Numbered from the stretch's first letter, positions 41,142 to 55,497 are shown. The stretch is 64,000 nt of DNA from Eledone cirrhosa (GCA_964016885.1 OZ024742.1:258416001-258480000), one strand, 5' to 3'. Notes: generated by a model not told the origin, from the sequence alone. Program-made: numbers and translations.

Positions 41142-44100
41142 GATTTCTTTTTTGGCCACAAGGGCTAACATGAAGAAAAACATTACAGACGCCACAGAAC
41201 GGTACAAGACGATAAAAATTGGGTTTTGTCCGTGTAAAAAGTTATGACAAGATTGAAATATAAAAAAAAAATTTAAACAATAAAAAATTCCCCAATAGGA
41301 GGGAAACCTCCGAGGGTCACTCGTGTCGAAAACCACACAAAAGAGCACGCCCACCCTGACCACCAGGGCAAGCGCCCTCTCTCAATGTTCTACTCCTCAG
41401 TCTACAGGCGCATACACAGAGCGAGCCCGTTCACTCGGAGCAGACTCACCACATTCACCCGCCTTTCAACAAACTTCCTAGAAGACAGCACTTGCCTCTC
41501 CACCCTCATTTTCCTCTTCGAGTGAAACTTCAAACAGTTAATCAGGGATTGGCTGAAGAGGAAAGTGGCCTTCTTCAACACTTTCAATCTTGTCCACCAC
41601 TCAATCTCTTTCGGCATGGCCACCAGGCAGATGAAAACTGCCTGCCCTTCCTCCTCGTTAAAGGAATGGCAGCCTATCTGCACAATTGACTCAGTCTATA
41701 ACCGGATCCATCCTACACGCGACAGCAGCTGTTCGAAATAGCTCCACAAGTCAGCAATACTCGGGTACTGAACGTGTGCGTGCACGACGGTTTCGTCACC
41801 CTGCGCGCATCTCGGAAAGCCTCGGCTGACAGCACCTCCGTGCCTGTAGAACTTATCCCGAACCGACAGCGCTCCCCGGTAGCATTGCCAGGCCAGGGAT
41901 TTCTGGAAGTGGTCCAGAAGCCTCGGTCTGAAAGTTCTCTTGATTAGAGTGAACAGCTGTTCGTCTTCGACGCCCAGGGTCCCTCCAAGAACGTCGTCGC
42001 TCTCTCTCTCCACTAGCCCTTTATAGAACGCCAAGATGTTCCACCGATACTAGTGCCCAGCTCGTAGAGGGCCGTGAGCGCATGGAGACATTCCAGCTTC
42101 CAAGCGCTATCCTTCGGTCTTTTCTTGATCCAGGACTGCAGCTCCGTCAAGGAGACGAGGTGGGGAAAAGCGCGTCTGGCAAACGGCGACCACGGTTGTT
42201 CACAGTCAAGGAAGCACCAGAGATGTCGCAGCCTCAGCGCATGTTTGGCCATCATCAGCCACGGCATGCTTAGTCCTCAACGCAACGAGTGTTGACAGCA
42301 AATGGATCGTCTGACCATGGGAGCACGTAACTTCCACAAAAAGCGGAAGAGAAGGCGCTCAATTTTGGTCAGAGTTGGGCGAGCGCAAGGTACGACGGTC
42401 AGGCGGTAGCAGATGATGGACGCTATATACGAATTCGCCACCACCACTCGACCTTTCAGAGACAGCCTCTTCTTCGCCCATTTCTGGGTGAGCGAGGCCA
42501 TCCTGCTCGTCACCTCGCTCCAGTTTTTCTCCATCTGGAGGTCTGGACCGAACCAGACCCCGAGCAATTTAAACGGTCCGTCCGTCCAACGCCCCATGAC
42601 GCTGTCGGACAGCATGGGCTTTCCTCTCCAGGTGCCGATTTGCAAGCCGACCGACTGTTCCTGGTTTATCTTTGTTCCTGTCACCGCTTCGTATTCCTTG
42701 AGAGCGGTGGCGAGCATCTGGACGTGTTTGGTGGTCGACACCACCACGGTGAGGTCGTCAGCGTAAGCTGACACGGAACTCCCGCATCCCAGTTCTAGTG
42801 GGATCCCCCTCATCGTCTCCAATTTGTGAAGTAACGGCTCGAGGGCCAGTACGTACAAGAGGGACGAGAGAGGCCAACCCTGGAGGACCGAGCACATGAT
42901 TCTGAAAGACTGTGACAGGTGACCATTCACCCTCACAATCGAGCATATGTCGCTGTCCATCGCAGCGATCCAGCCCCTGAAAACGGGCCTGAAGCTGACC
43001 GCCTCGAAAACAGGTAGCAATGGTCGACCCTATCAAATGATTTAGATTAATCAGGGCCCCACCCGTGCCATATTCCTTAACCCACCTCTCTATGATGTAT
43101 CGCATGAGATGGAGGTTGTCGTGGATTGATCTGTCCGGAATGGCGCATGTCTGCGCCTCTCCCGCCAGATCACCGCCGACAAGCGCCTATCTCTTTGCTA
43201 ACACCTTGGCCAAAACCTTAAACACTGCGTTTAGCAGAGTTATGGGTCTGAATTTGTGTATAACGTCCCCCTTGTTCGGGTCTTTTCTCAGCAGCCCCAC
43301 CGCTCCCCGGCTCACAAAACTGGGAATGCTCCCGTTTTGCTGCCAGTTGCAGTAGACATCTGGCAAGAGGTCGCCGAAGAAGTCTGGAATATACGCATAA
43401 AGCTCGTAGGGTAGACCATCCAAACCTGTCGATTTACCCCTCATGCAGTCAGACATCGCTTCCCGTATTTCATTGGCTGTTATCGGCCGTTTGCAGCACT
43501 GCGCTGCGGTCGTCAAGAGCCACGGCAGTCCATCGAGATATATTTCGATCTGGCCCGCCGCTCCCGAGCAACATGGGCCCGTTTTGTTTAGGTAAAAAAA
43601 AACGAATTGTGGCTTTGTTGCGTCGTCGCGCCTCCACCACCCGGTACCATTGAATGGCTTTCGTCTCCTTGTGTCTTAGAGCACGCGCTCTTACTCTGAC
43701 AACGCAGCCTTCATGCTTTACGTTGAAGAATTGGTCGAGTGCTAATCTCGCCGAAAGCACGTCCGTTGCGATGCCTGTCCTAAACGCCTCTTCTAGCTTT
43801 CTAAATAACTCTCCCTCTACACTATTTTCCTCTATCACTACTCCTTTGCTGAACCTTATCGATTCTACTCTAATAGCCCTTTTCAGTGTAAACCACCACC
43901 TGTTGTTGAGGATCGCACCCGTCAACGCATGATTAAGTAATTCGCTAATCCAGTCTCTGTAAACTTTGCGCGCCAGGAACGACGCGTTCAGCTTCCAGTA
44001 GCCGGGCCCTTGCCTATGGAGTCTATCTAAGTCAACTTCACAGTTCACAAATGTGTGGTCTGTGTAGTCGACTATTTTAAATTGTGCATAACTTATACTA

Positions 44101-47020
44101 GCCTTATCTAGTTCTCTGCAGAATACCCTGTCGAGATACGATCTGGATGACCCGATACGGTTTGTCCATGTCCACATTGGCACATTCGGGTGATCCAGTC
44201 GATACCCTTCAAACAGTTCAAAACGTCTGAGCAGGTTGTTGAGGCTTTTACACTCTCCTGTCCTGTCTACTAGCCCCACATAATCCCAGCGTGCATCCTA
44301 GATACCGTTGCAGTCGCCCACTAACACTAAAGAGCGGGACGTTCCAAGAAAGGTCTCTAGACGTCTGAAGAAATCTGGCCGTCCTACCTCAGTTGGGGCG
44401 TAGACGGCTACTAGCCTGAAAGCATTGGCTTTGTTGCCGGTCACGTCCAGCACCACCGACTTACCTTCTGGGTCCAGGAAGATGGCCCGTATGGCAAGAT
44501 CCAAGCCTCTCCGAAAAAGGACGGCAAACCCTCCCCCCGATCCTGGACGGTTGGGAGATGCGTATACATCGTAGCCTCCGAAGATCGGTGCGAAGGCTCG
44601 TGCTTCGGAGATTATGGTCTCGCTGATGGCCACCACATCTATATTTAGTGACCTGTGGTCGTTGAGCAGGTGACACTGCTTCCAAGATGACGCCCAGGCC
44701 ACGTAAATTTATACTACCTATTGTAAACACAGTCATGTTGAATGAGAAATGGGGCAAGTGAGAAAGGGTCACTTACCTTGATCGTATGGTGAAGGCACAG
44801 TAGAACTGGCTGTTCATGGGTGTTTCCAAGAAGATGTCAGTGTATATCCTTTTGGTAACCGACCCTCTGAAATCTGCAACTACGTTGGGGAATTTTTGTT
44901 TTAAATGTTTGTACTATTCTATTTTGATTTCAATGATGCTTATGTTTGTCGGGAGAGAACTTGGTATTGGTGGGGTGTAGCAGTTTTTTTCTTTTTCTGT
45001 GATGTCTGTGCGCTACTTTATATGTTGTATGAAGTCTTTATTTGCCATGTTATGGCTGTCTACTTTTTTGGGGTAGGGGGGGGGCTGTTTTCTTATTGTT
45101 GCTGTTGGGTGTGTGTGATTTGTTGTGTTTGCGATGTTGGTGTTTTTGGTGATGCTGGTTGTGGTGTGGTGTGGTTGTTGTTGGTGGTGATGCTTGTGGT
45201 GGTGATGGTGATGGAGGTGGTGTTTACCCCTCTTTGCCTGCCTTCACTTTTGGAGGGTGAAGCTAAGGGGTCTTTCCTCTTTTGTTTTTTTGTGGCAGAT
45301 CGTTTGCCACTTCCCTCCCGCCTCATACTCCATGTCAGATTCCGTGGCGTCTGGGAGGGGTATGAGCTCCACTGCTGTTGTTGGTGGTAGTGGGGCTCGC
45401 TCCGGCAATTTTGCCGCCGGTGTGGCTACTGCGACAGTTGGTGTTGCCGCTACTGCTGCCGCTCTTTAGTTGTCCGTGGCCTTGGTATGGGTGCCACAGA
45501 CGTTACCCTCCTACTCACCATGGAAGGGTCTTCTTCTGTTGCCTGCCCTGTTCTTGGTAGTAGCGGATCAGGCGTCGGAAGGAGGGGGCCCTTTCTTGGA
45601 TGTCTTCTGCGAGCAGAAACCCTAAGATGACCCTTCTGCCCACAGAGATACCACTTTGGGTGCCTTCCTTCCGCGCTTATTGGGAGTTGGACCCCTTCTT
45701 CGAGGTCTATGATGTCTGGGATCGCCTCGATGCACCCTGGTTAGTCTGTATTAGAATTTGCATGCCTATTCTTGACCAGTTCTCTCTTCCCATTCTCTCT
45801 ATTTGCAGTATGCTGGTCTTCTCCTAGATTCCAGCCAGCACAGGCGCGGCCAGCCATGGTATGGTCACATAGGGAGGGACTTGGGTCACTTTGACCCTCA
45901 CAATTTTCTGCCCGCAGTAGGAGGGCACCACTCTATCGCCTCACTTTTTAGGGTTTCCGAAGAGTGAGACTTCGCCTCTTGGGGGGTGGCGAAAATTACG
46001 TCTACTGTGGCGTACTTTCTGCCTCGGGTGATGTGGGTTTTCTGCGCCCAGATGCACCCCAAGCCCTTTGGGATTTGAGCCTCCGTGGCTCTCTCCACCC
46101 AATGTGACATTTTGCTTACGGTTCGGTAAGTCACCGTCCGTGGCTGCTGGTCCTTGAAAAAATCGGGTGGAGGTTTCAGGAAACTCTATTGGCGTCTCTT
46201 GTCAAAATGGCCCTTGCGACTGCCATCTCCTCCTCTGTGACTAGAACTGTTTCGATATTTCGGGCCACACCTGCAAAAGAAGTGGTTCCCTTTTCAGTGG
46301 CACCACTATTGCTGCCGCTTCTGGTCTTGCTGGTGGTGCTGAGATCGCTGTTTCAGGTATCGATGTCATTGTTGTTGTTTTCGTTGGTACAGTTGTTGGT
46401 GATGTTGTTGTTGTTTTCGTTGATACTGTTGCTGTTGTTACTGTTATTGTAGCTGTTGTTATTATTGTTGTTTTTGTTGATACTGTTCCTACTATTATTG
46501 TTGTTGTGGCTGTTGTTATTGTCATTGTTATTGTCGTTCTCGACCTTACCGCTGTTATTTTGTTGTTGCTCTTGTTATTGATGGTGTTGTTGGTGGTGAT
46601 GCTTGTTGGTGTCGTTTGTGTTAGAAATATTTGGTAATTTTAAATCTGTAACAATATCATTAAAAATGATATTGTTCCTCTTTTCTTTCGTAATATTTTC
46701 TTTTATATTTACCTTCACTAGAACGCTGTTTTTTTTATATGTTAACAAAGTCTCCCTCTCTCTGTGTTGTCTGACAGCGCCCTCTCTCTTTCTTGTGTTA
46801 TCCCTGTTGAAAGAAATTTTTTTTAAATAATATTTTTACATAATACGACACCCCGTAAAGTGGTGTCGTATTATTTACCAGTGAACTTCTGTATTAGGTG
46901 GGTCACATCTAAACTTTTATCAAGTTTAAAACTTGAATAAAAGGTTTAGAACGATTGAAAACGAGGTAAACTGTTGAAAAAAACTGGAGGCGATAAGAAG
47001 CGTGGCTTCACCTTCAAGTA
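41142..47020 (-). mobile_element. Tx1-clade LINE, subfamily B copy 2, full length but disrupted (ORF2 about 44736-41402; ORF1 about 46600-44772)
   Basis: ISET, VYAP, SYLDR, FRPITLLN and AYADD; B-type tail; AAT repeats at both ends. Confidence 0.92.
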
Positions 47021-47030
47021 ATAATAATAA

Positions 47031-47218
47031 TTGTTTCTACTTTTGGCACAAGTCCAGCAATGATCATGATCATGATGATTTCTAGTATAGGCACAGGGCC
47101 AGTAATTTTTTTTTGTGGGGTATTTCGATTAAATCCATCCCAGTACGTTACTGGTGCTTTATGTTATCGACCCCGTAAGTATGAAAGGCAAAGTTAACCT
47201 CGGCGGGATTTGAACTTA
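47031..47218 (-). mobile_element. tRNA-derived SINE fragments (same family as 35590-35780)
   Basis: ttgtttctacttttggcacaa and atcgaccccgtaagtatgaaaggcaaagttaacctcggcgggatttgaact. Confidence 0.82.
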
Positions 47219-47220
47219 AG

Positions 47221-47420
47221 GCCAAAACTCTATGTTGCAAAGCGTGACACAGAATGTATCAAGGCTGGCCCTTCGAATTGCAATTACAACTCATTTCTTC
47301 CAGCTGAGTGAATTGAAACAACGGGAATTAAGTTTCATGTTCTAGGATACAAAGAACCGCCGAGAATCCGACTCATGACCTTACAATTGTGAGCGTATAC
47401 CTTAACCACCAAGCCACGTG
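47221..47420 (-). mobile_element. Decayed CORE-like tRNA SINE
   Basis: Similar to 13140-13262 (actcatgaccttacaattgtgag...taaccaccaagcca). Confidence 0.6.
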
Positions 47421-47746
47421 CCTTTAGGCATATGCATACGCAACCAGTCAAACATAGACATAGAGCCCAACCAATAGCCCCCTACACACAAACGCACAGG
47501 CTCACACTCACAACCACACAAACACTCACACACAAACACATTCACTCACACACACACACACACATATATATATATACATATATAACCAAAAGTTAAACAT
47601 GGTTCACTGATTAATCAATGAATATAGTTTTACAATAGATTAGAAGCACTCGACAGTTTAAAAAAAATAATAATAATAATTCTGGAGTTATTAATATTAA
47701 TTCAAAATATTTAATAAATATAGACATTCACGTAATCAAAATATAT

Positions 47747-47806
47747 TTTATTATATATATTTCGGAGGTACTGTGTTGTTTTCTCAGTACGTCCTCATCA
47801 GATAAA
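47747..47806 (-). ncRNA. Type I hammerhead ribozyme with palindromic stem III
   Basis: tttat CTGATGA ggacgtactg agaaaacaaca cagtacctcc GAA ATATATAT A ataaa: stem II 9/10 paired, stem I 5 bp. Confidence 0.85.
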
Positions 47807-48719
47807 TTGATGTATGACATACCTCAACAGTACTGCCACGACTGGAATTGAACGACCAGCACAGAACTAGCTGCCTGTAGGCCTAAGATATAAACCAGAG
47901 TGTATAACGTAGATAGTTTAACTGGTCCAAAATAGTTGGAAGCATGATAGCCGTACTCATCGCTAGTTCCCCGTTTGATCAAGCTCTGCGGATTACATCC
48001 AGATGTCTGATTCCCCGCCTCTCCGCAGAGCCAAGCACTCGATGAGCGGGACGTGAGAGTGAAATCTTACGATATATATAGGCAATGTGAGGGAGAGTTT
48101 GGGAAGTAGGAGTGTTCTCTCCAGCCTGCTTCAAATATCCGTGAAAACGATCATGAGCTCCGGACCGACGTGCCTGACTCGTACGGAGCTATTAGGTTGT
48201 GTAGGCCAAGTAGTGTAGGCCAACATAAGGTAACTTAAAGTGATTATCAAAATAAGGATTAGAGCTGAATTAATATGCAGTAAATTAGGTCTAGGCTGAC
48301 TTAAGGTAACTTAAAGGAAATAGCAGAATGAGACACATGAGGATGAAAAAGAGATACATAGGGAATAAAGGTTCAAACCTTGAATATAAATATAATAATA
48401 TAAATATAGTAACCGATTCCAACATTCCAACAGCAGAGATATGGAATTTCAGAATTAATTTTATTGAAGATCTGTTTGTTAGTGCAATAGATTTACTGAT
48501 AAAAATTAAGTTTGATATGCAAATTTCTGTTTAGCTGCTGTAGTAAATAGTAAAGTTAAAAGCTTAAAGGTTAGAAATAATTTGAGTATAGTTGAGCGGA
48601 TTAAATTGATTAAAAATTATTCGTGAGAGCCATCTGGTGGTACAGTTGTGCTTACGAAAGGGGATATAATCCAGAAGCCAATTAGATATGTTGTACAGTC
48701 CAGACTGACAGATTTTTAA

Positions 48720-49197
48720 CGATATACAAATACAACTCCGTTAGTATCTGTATACAGCAACTACAACGGTACGCGATGGGGCCCACCCACAGCCTCGGCG
48801 GACAGAATGAAGAAAGCGTTTCCCCAGACGACGGCAAGGGAGACGCACTGGAAAAGCCACTCCAACTCGCGGGGCTCACACCGAAGGCTGGCCAGCTCAG
48901 CGCCTATGGTGGTGAGTAAGGAGGTAGCCCTGGGGCCCAGGACACCAGAAGTCTCCGCTGCCAGGGGTACGACTGCAAACCTGTCGGAGAGCGACCGGTA
49001 TTTGAGGACTTTGGCCCCCTTAGCCCGACGTGCAGCAGAACCTGGGTCAGTCGCAGACTGCACCAGGTTGCGGCTGCAGAACGTGTCGGTGCTAGTTGCA
49101 TCCCAGACGAGGGGTTTACCACAGTGAATGGGAAGATGGTCATGCCATCTGGCCTTTTGCCGTCCCTTCGATCCAGCCCTACTGGCTCGAGCTGGGA
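48720..49197 (-). mobile_element. CRE-clade non-LTR retrotransposon 3' fragment (RLE domain)
   Basis: LEPVGLDRRDGKRPDGMTIFPF, LVWDAT..DT, KVLKY, VPLAAETSGVLG, LFQCVSLAVVWGNA. Confidence 0.85.
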
Positions 49198-49731
49198 GAT
49201 GAATTAAAGATTGTCATACAGTAGAAGAGAGAGAAAGACACAGTATGCAGCAATATACGAGATATGGTGTAGACAAAGAAAATGATAAGTACATGTAATA
49301 CAATAATAGAGGCAAGGAAATATACGGGGTCCGTATAAGGTTATCCAAACAGGTAAAAATATGTCCGATTATAAAATGTGTGTTGCGAAGATAGATAAAG
49401 CAAAATATGGAGAATGACGTTAAGATAGGGGTTGGGATAGAGTTCAATGTGTTCGTAGAGGGAGTTCGGATGGTCTGCCAGCTTGTGTACACCAGCTGAG
49501 AGTGGAAAATGTCTCCTCATCGGTGTTCTCATTCCCTACATAGTCGCTGGTCGAATTCCATAAAGTCCCTTGCCTAAAGACGTTTTTATCCTGAGTGTTC
49601 TGTTAGTTTATAGGGATGAGTTGGGTCCACTGGTAAGGTCTGGTATTCAAATATATATATATATATACATATATATAATAAGTAAGTCAAACATGTAAAA
49701 TTTGGCTTCGTTTATTATATATTATAATGTT

Positions 49732-49784
49732 CTGCTATATATATTTCGGTGACAGCTATTATTGGCTATGACCTCTTCAGGCAG
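49732..49784 (-). ncRNA. Type I hammerhead ribozyme with palindromic stem III
   Basis: ctgc CTGAAGA ggtcatagc caataata gctgtcacc GAA ATATATAT A gcag. Confidence 0.85.
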
Positions 49785-50396
49785 CCTGAATTGATGTGGA
49801 AGTGTGTTCCACTCTGTCAATAGATCGATATGTCCAGCTCCTAGGTGTGTTGTTACTCCTCAGAAGAACTGGAATCGTATGAGGTAGAACAAGCGAATTT
49901 CAGCGTCAGAGGACACGCTCGTACCCCGTTGGTCAGTTGTCAGACCACTCTCCAGTCGAAAGTCTATAGACATTCTTCTGAGGCAGTTCATCCTGTTATA
50001 GTTGTTTTTATCAGAATGTTTAAGTACAACCGACCTCCTTTGCTGTGTTGGTAGTGGTAGTGGTGTTAAGAGGTCAGTTAGCAGGTCAACCTTAGTATTA
50101 CTGCTGCTATGGTTTGAAGAATTTATTTGTGTAGACTGGCATCTATCCTGCCACCATTTCACGTGGGGGATGCCAAACAAATAAAGAATGAGTGTGTGTT
50201 ACAACCAATATAAAATTTTTTAGAAAAATATACACTGAAATTAAAAAAATTGTATATATATATATATGTGTGTGTGTACGTATGTATGGGTTTGTGTGTC
50301 TGTGTGCGTGTGCGTCTGTGTGTGTATGTGTGTCTCTGTGTGTTTAAGGAAAATGATAACAACAAAAAAATAATAAACATTCGAAAAGTGCATCTA

Positions 50397-50430
<34 letters not shown>

Positions 50431-50731
50431 AAATCTTGTGTGTAATCAAATGTTTTTACACACAAGCCTCAAAGAAAAGAAAAACTCAGTTGTATCCCTT
50501 ACGTTAGCAGGGAGAGGGGACCAAAAATCAGCATGCAGGGGTTTTACTGAAAACCAAGTTCACCTAATAACAAATATTTTGGAGATCCAAAACGGAGAAA
50601 GCAGGCTTTGTTAACATAACATTTTATACATGCTATATATATAACGGGAGCGCTTTCCCAACCTATTTTTTATTATCTTCCTAATGTAACATGATCTGCA
50701 CAGGATTTCTTCTAAAAACCACACTTCTTTT

Positions 50732-50785
<54 letters not shown>

Positions 50786-53160
50786 GCTCCAAGATTGTTG
50801 TTATTTATTGACATAACACGTACATGTGCACACAAACAGACAGACAAAGAGCCAATAAGCGCACACAAACAATTATTCAGAGTATTAGACAGTTACCCGG
50901 ATACATGTGTACTTGTGTGATGACAATTAGCAGATGAGATGAGAGAACGTTTCTTAATATTTTACTACATAAATCTGCACTATGAAGGAGCCTACATCAG
51001 TTCAGACGATGAACCTTCTTTTGTTTTACTAACTGAATGTCCATTTCCCGAATTAAGCTGTAAGTGGTTGCGTATTCCACATGCACGTGTATATTTATAG
51101 TAATTGCCAAGCCGAATCAGTGTGACAATGATGGATGTTTGAAATAATGGTGCATTCCAGTTAACCTGCTACTTCCCAATTTCCGTCAACTCAGTTTCAA
51201 TCTCAAATCTTTGGTTGACCCTAGGCTATAGTAATCATATTTACTCAAATAAGCACTATATAGTATCGGGCCTTATTCCTCGTGATTGGAAAAACTGATT
51301 TCTTTTTACTACTCAGCCATAAATGCGTTCTTAATTACAGTGTAATGAGTCTCTGAAAAAACACCTTTTCATGTACGTATGGCACATTCTTAATTATCCA
51401 TTTATATTTCAGATTAACAGATGTTTGGCAGGGAGTAGTGTAATTCTTATAATAAGGATTATACATCCAGCGGCTTTGTGTTTGATAAAAGCTTCTTTTT
51501 AACCAGATCTATAATTTGACAGGAGTAATAATGTGAATGTAATTTGACAGGACGTCAAAATCTCCTGCAGGTCTAACGTAAATAGCATTTTGGCAGGTAT
51601 CTCACATTGATAGATATGTATCTAACAGCTTATATACATCTATCTGTTTATAAAGAATTAAAAAAACATTTTGCCTTTCTAATATTACGAATAGGCTAAG
51701 AACATTTCGTTATTTGTATGGAAATATTTGGATGATGTCACTGTAATTTTATACATATATTATTTAGCCCCTTAAATGTATGTGGAAAATTATAAATAGC
51801 AGCGTGTGGGATCTCCGTCAATTACAAAGATACATTTTCCAGTTGATTCCTGAAAAGAAAAATCTGCACGAGAAATTATCGTGAGAATTTCACAGATACG
51901 TGTACTATTAACAATTCTCAGTACACCATGACAATGTTAGTAATAAATTTCGTTCTTTTAATCATAAAAACAACTAAGTTATATAATTTCAGTAGACTGG
52001 TGCAAGAAGGAAAACCTTTCCTGTTCAACAAGCCACAGGGAATCGAAACTACGAACTCCCTAACCAATAAGCCGCACGTCAATTAGAAAATTAAATGTTT
52101 TACTTCTAATCCAAAAGTTCATTCTTGTTACTCATGACATGCTGTATGTCTTTGCAGCATACGTTAAGAATATAGATGTTTGGGGAATGCTGAAACAGTG
52201 ACAATAGCAGGATGGGCACATTTCATGTCTTTTAATAAAATCTTAACAGAATCGCAAATATTGTGCATCCAATGTAAAAGAATCATTTCGAAACATCTAA
52301 CCTCTTAACGAGTGGTTTAGAAAGACATAAATTATACTAGAAATACGAATTAGTTAGCAATATCCCCTTTATATACTCTTTAATCTTGATACAACGTAAT
52401 TATTTTGAATTCCTGATTGAGTCGTAAGCACTCCGAAATATATGGTGACTTAGACATTTAAATCTAGATATACCCTCCAATCCGGAGGTTTAAGCGCAGC
52501 CTATATCATCTACTCACGCAAAAAGAGCGAGAGAGAAAGTGACGAAATAAATGCAATGGAAAAGGTGTATGCAGTACTGAACAACTACTATGATTATCGA
52601 ACACGACTTTGAACTCAGAGCGTAGAGCATTAAGATGAATAGCGCATAATATTCAATCCAACTTTCTCACGGCTCTGCCAATACAACACTTTATTATATC
52701 ACTATCAACACTTGAAATATAATTTACCAATTTCTGCATATCTCGATACCATTTGCACTCCGTTTGCATTTCATTAATAACATATATTACGACAAATATA
52801 TATTATATGCTACAGACTCTATTAATATAGGCCAAGTATTATTGCTTATATATTTGGTGGATTCCATCATATTTCGATGTGTTGTATTTATAAATTACAC
52901 GTCGCTGAATTAAAAGAAAAATTCACTCGGCGTAAAACACTTTTCGAAATAGAAATAATTACATGAGCGAGTATACAAATTGAATTTTTGTAAATAACAC
53001 AGATATCGATTTTCTATTTGCGGTATGTAATTTACCAGACGAATATACACCATATATATATATATATGTGTGGGGGGGGGGATTGTCTGTGTCTGTGTTT
53101 ATGAGCATGTGTGTGTGCGTGTGAGTATGCATATATATATATATGTATATATATATACAC

Positions 53161-53206
53161 ACAATCTCTCAGACCTATATATGCATATATAGGTCTGAGA
53201 GATTGT
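53161..53206. repeat. Perfect 46-bp palindrome embedded in (TA)n
   Basis: acaatctctcagacctatatatgcatatataggtctgagagattgt. Confidence 0.95.
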
Positions 53207-53207
53207 T

Positions 53208-53253
<46 letters not shown>

Positions 53254-53629
53254 TATGTGGCTGTCTGTGTGTTTAAACCTAACAACTGTTTTTGCTTTTT
53301 GTTGTTTCTTTTTTATTTTTGTACAGATTTCGTCCTGTTCATAGAAGACATTTACGTTTATATCGTTGTATTCTTCGTTTAAATTATCATACTGAAATAT
53401 ATTAAGCACACATAACGTTACCTATTTTGACACCGGTCAGGCCAAATTCGCCACTAGTTCGAAGAAACAAAACCACAAAATTTATAGTGTTCCTATTTGA
53501 AATAAAATATTGTAAGCTGATTATATAAGAACCATATATTGTGTAATTATATTATTGAAGAAATCCTTCAAATCCTTCATTAATTCAATAAGTTCATTGC
53601 AAGGGTGGTAACGAAAGGTTTCATCATGA

Positions 53630-54563
<934 letters not shown>

Positions 54564-54566
54564 GCA

Positions 54567-54680
<114 letters not shown>

Positions 54681-54761
54681 AAAGTATATATTGAGTTAGA
54701 AATTCAAAATTGTCTCTTACAATAAAATAGCTCTAGGAAAAAGATTTTTCCGAGCCGTTTA

Positions 54762-55337
54762 TTATAATTGAATATGAAAGAAAAATGAACACAGATATAT
54801 ACATATATGTGTTCAAATCGTAAGGGACCAGATTCGCTAAGGTGAAAAGAATACTAATTATAGACAATAGGGTTTGCCTGACTCAATTTAAGAATAAATC
54901 AAGAAAACTGCTGTTTCGTAAAATTAATTGTGAATAGGGATGCCAATTCTTGCTCATCAGTGTTTGAAGAATTAGTATCGTAGACACTTCTAAGTATAGT
55001 AAAGAAAAACTGAATAGTATACATATAATAACGCACAGGTATCTGAACTTAGCGTGTTTCACAAACTTACACCACTAAAAATAGCAGCCAGGTTTATTCA
55101 ACATTTGAATTAGCTCAAGAAATTAAAGGAACCGAATATACAGCAGTACCAAAAGTTGTCTGAGTGATTTTTAGTTACCACAATTCAGGTTTGTATTTAT
55201 TTTCTTGATTTATTCTTAAATTGAGTCAGGCAAACCCTATTGTATATAGTTAGTATTCTTTTCACCTTAGCGATTCTGGGCCCTTACGATTTGAACACAT
55301 ATATCTGTGTTCGTTTTTCTTTTATATTCTATTATAA
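54762..55337. repeat. Inverted repeat, arms about 54762-54907 / 55200-55337, with the right arm abutting (TA)n
   Basis: caatagggtttgcctgactcaatttaagaataaatcaagaaaa is mirrored. Confidence 0.9.
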
Positions 55338-55340
55338 TAT

Positions 55341-55432
<92 letters not shown>

Positions 55433-55497
55433 CACAGAGAGAGAATACAGAGAGACATATTATATATACAGATATATATATATATATATATATATAT

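Noticed and set aside
15220-47030. CRISPR-like repeat-spacer organisation
   Set aside because: The repeats are simple AAT runs and the intervening pieces are retroelements of very variable length. There are no cas genes and the context is eukaryotic.
50800-53000. Host exons in the less repetitive AT-rich stretch (also 3500-4900)
   Set aside because: There is no ORF with recognisable motifs; only faint SINE remnants near 51.2, 52.0 and 52.6 kb.
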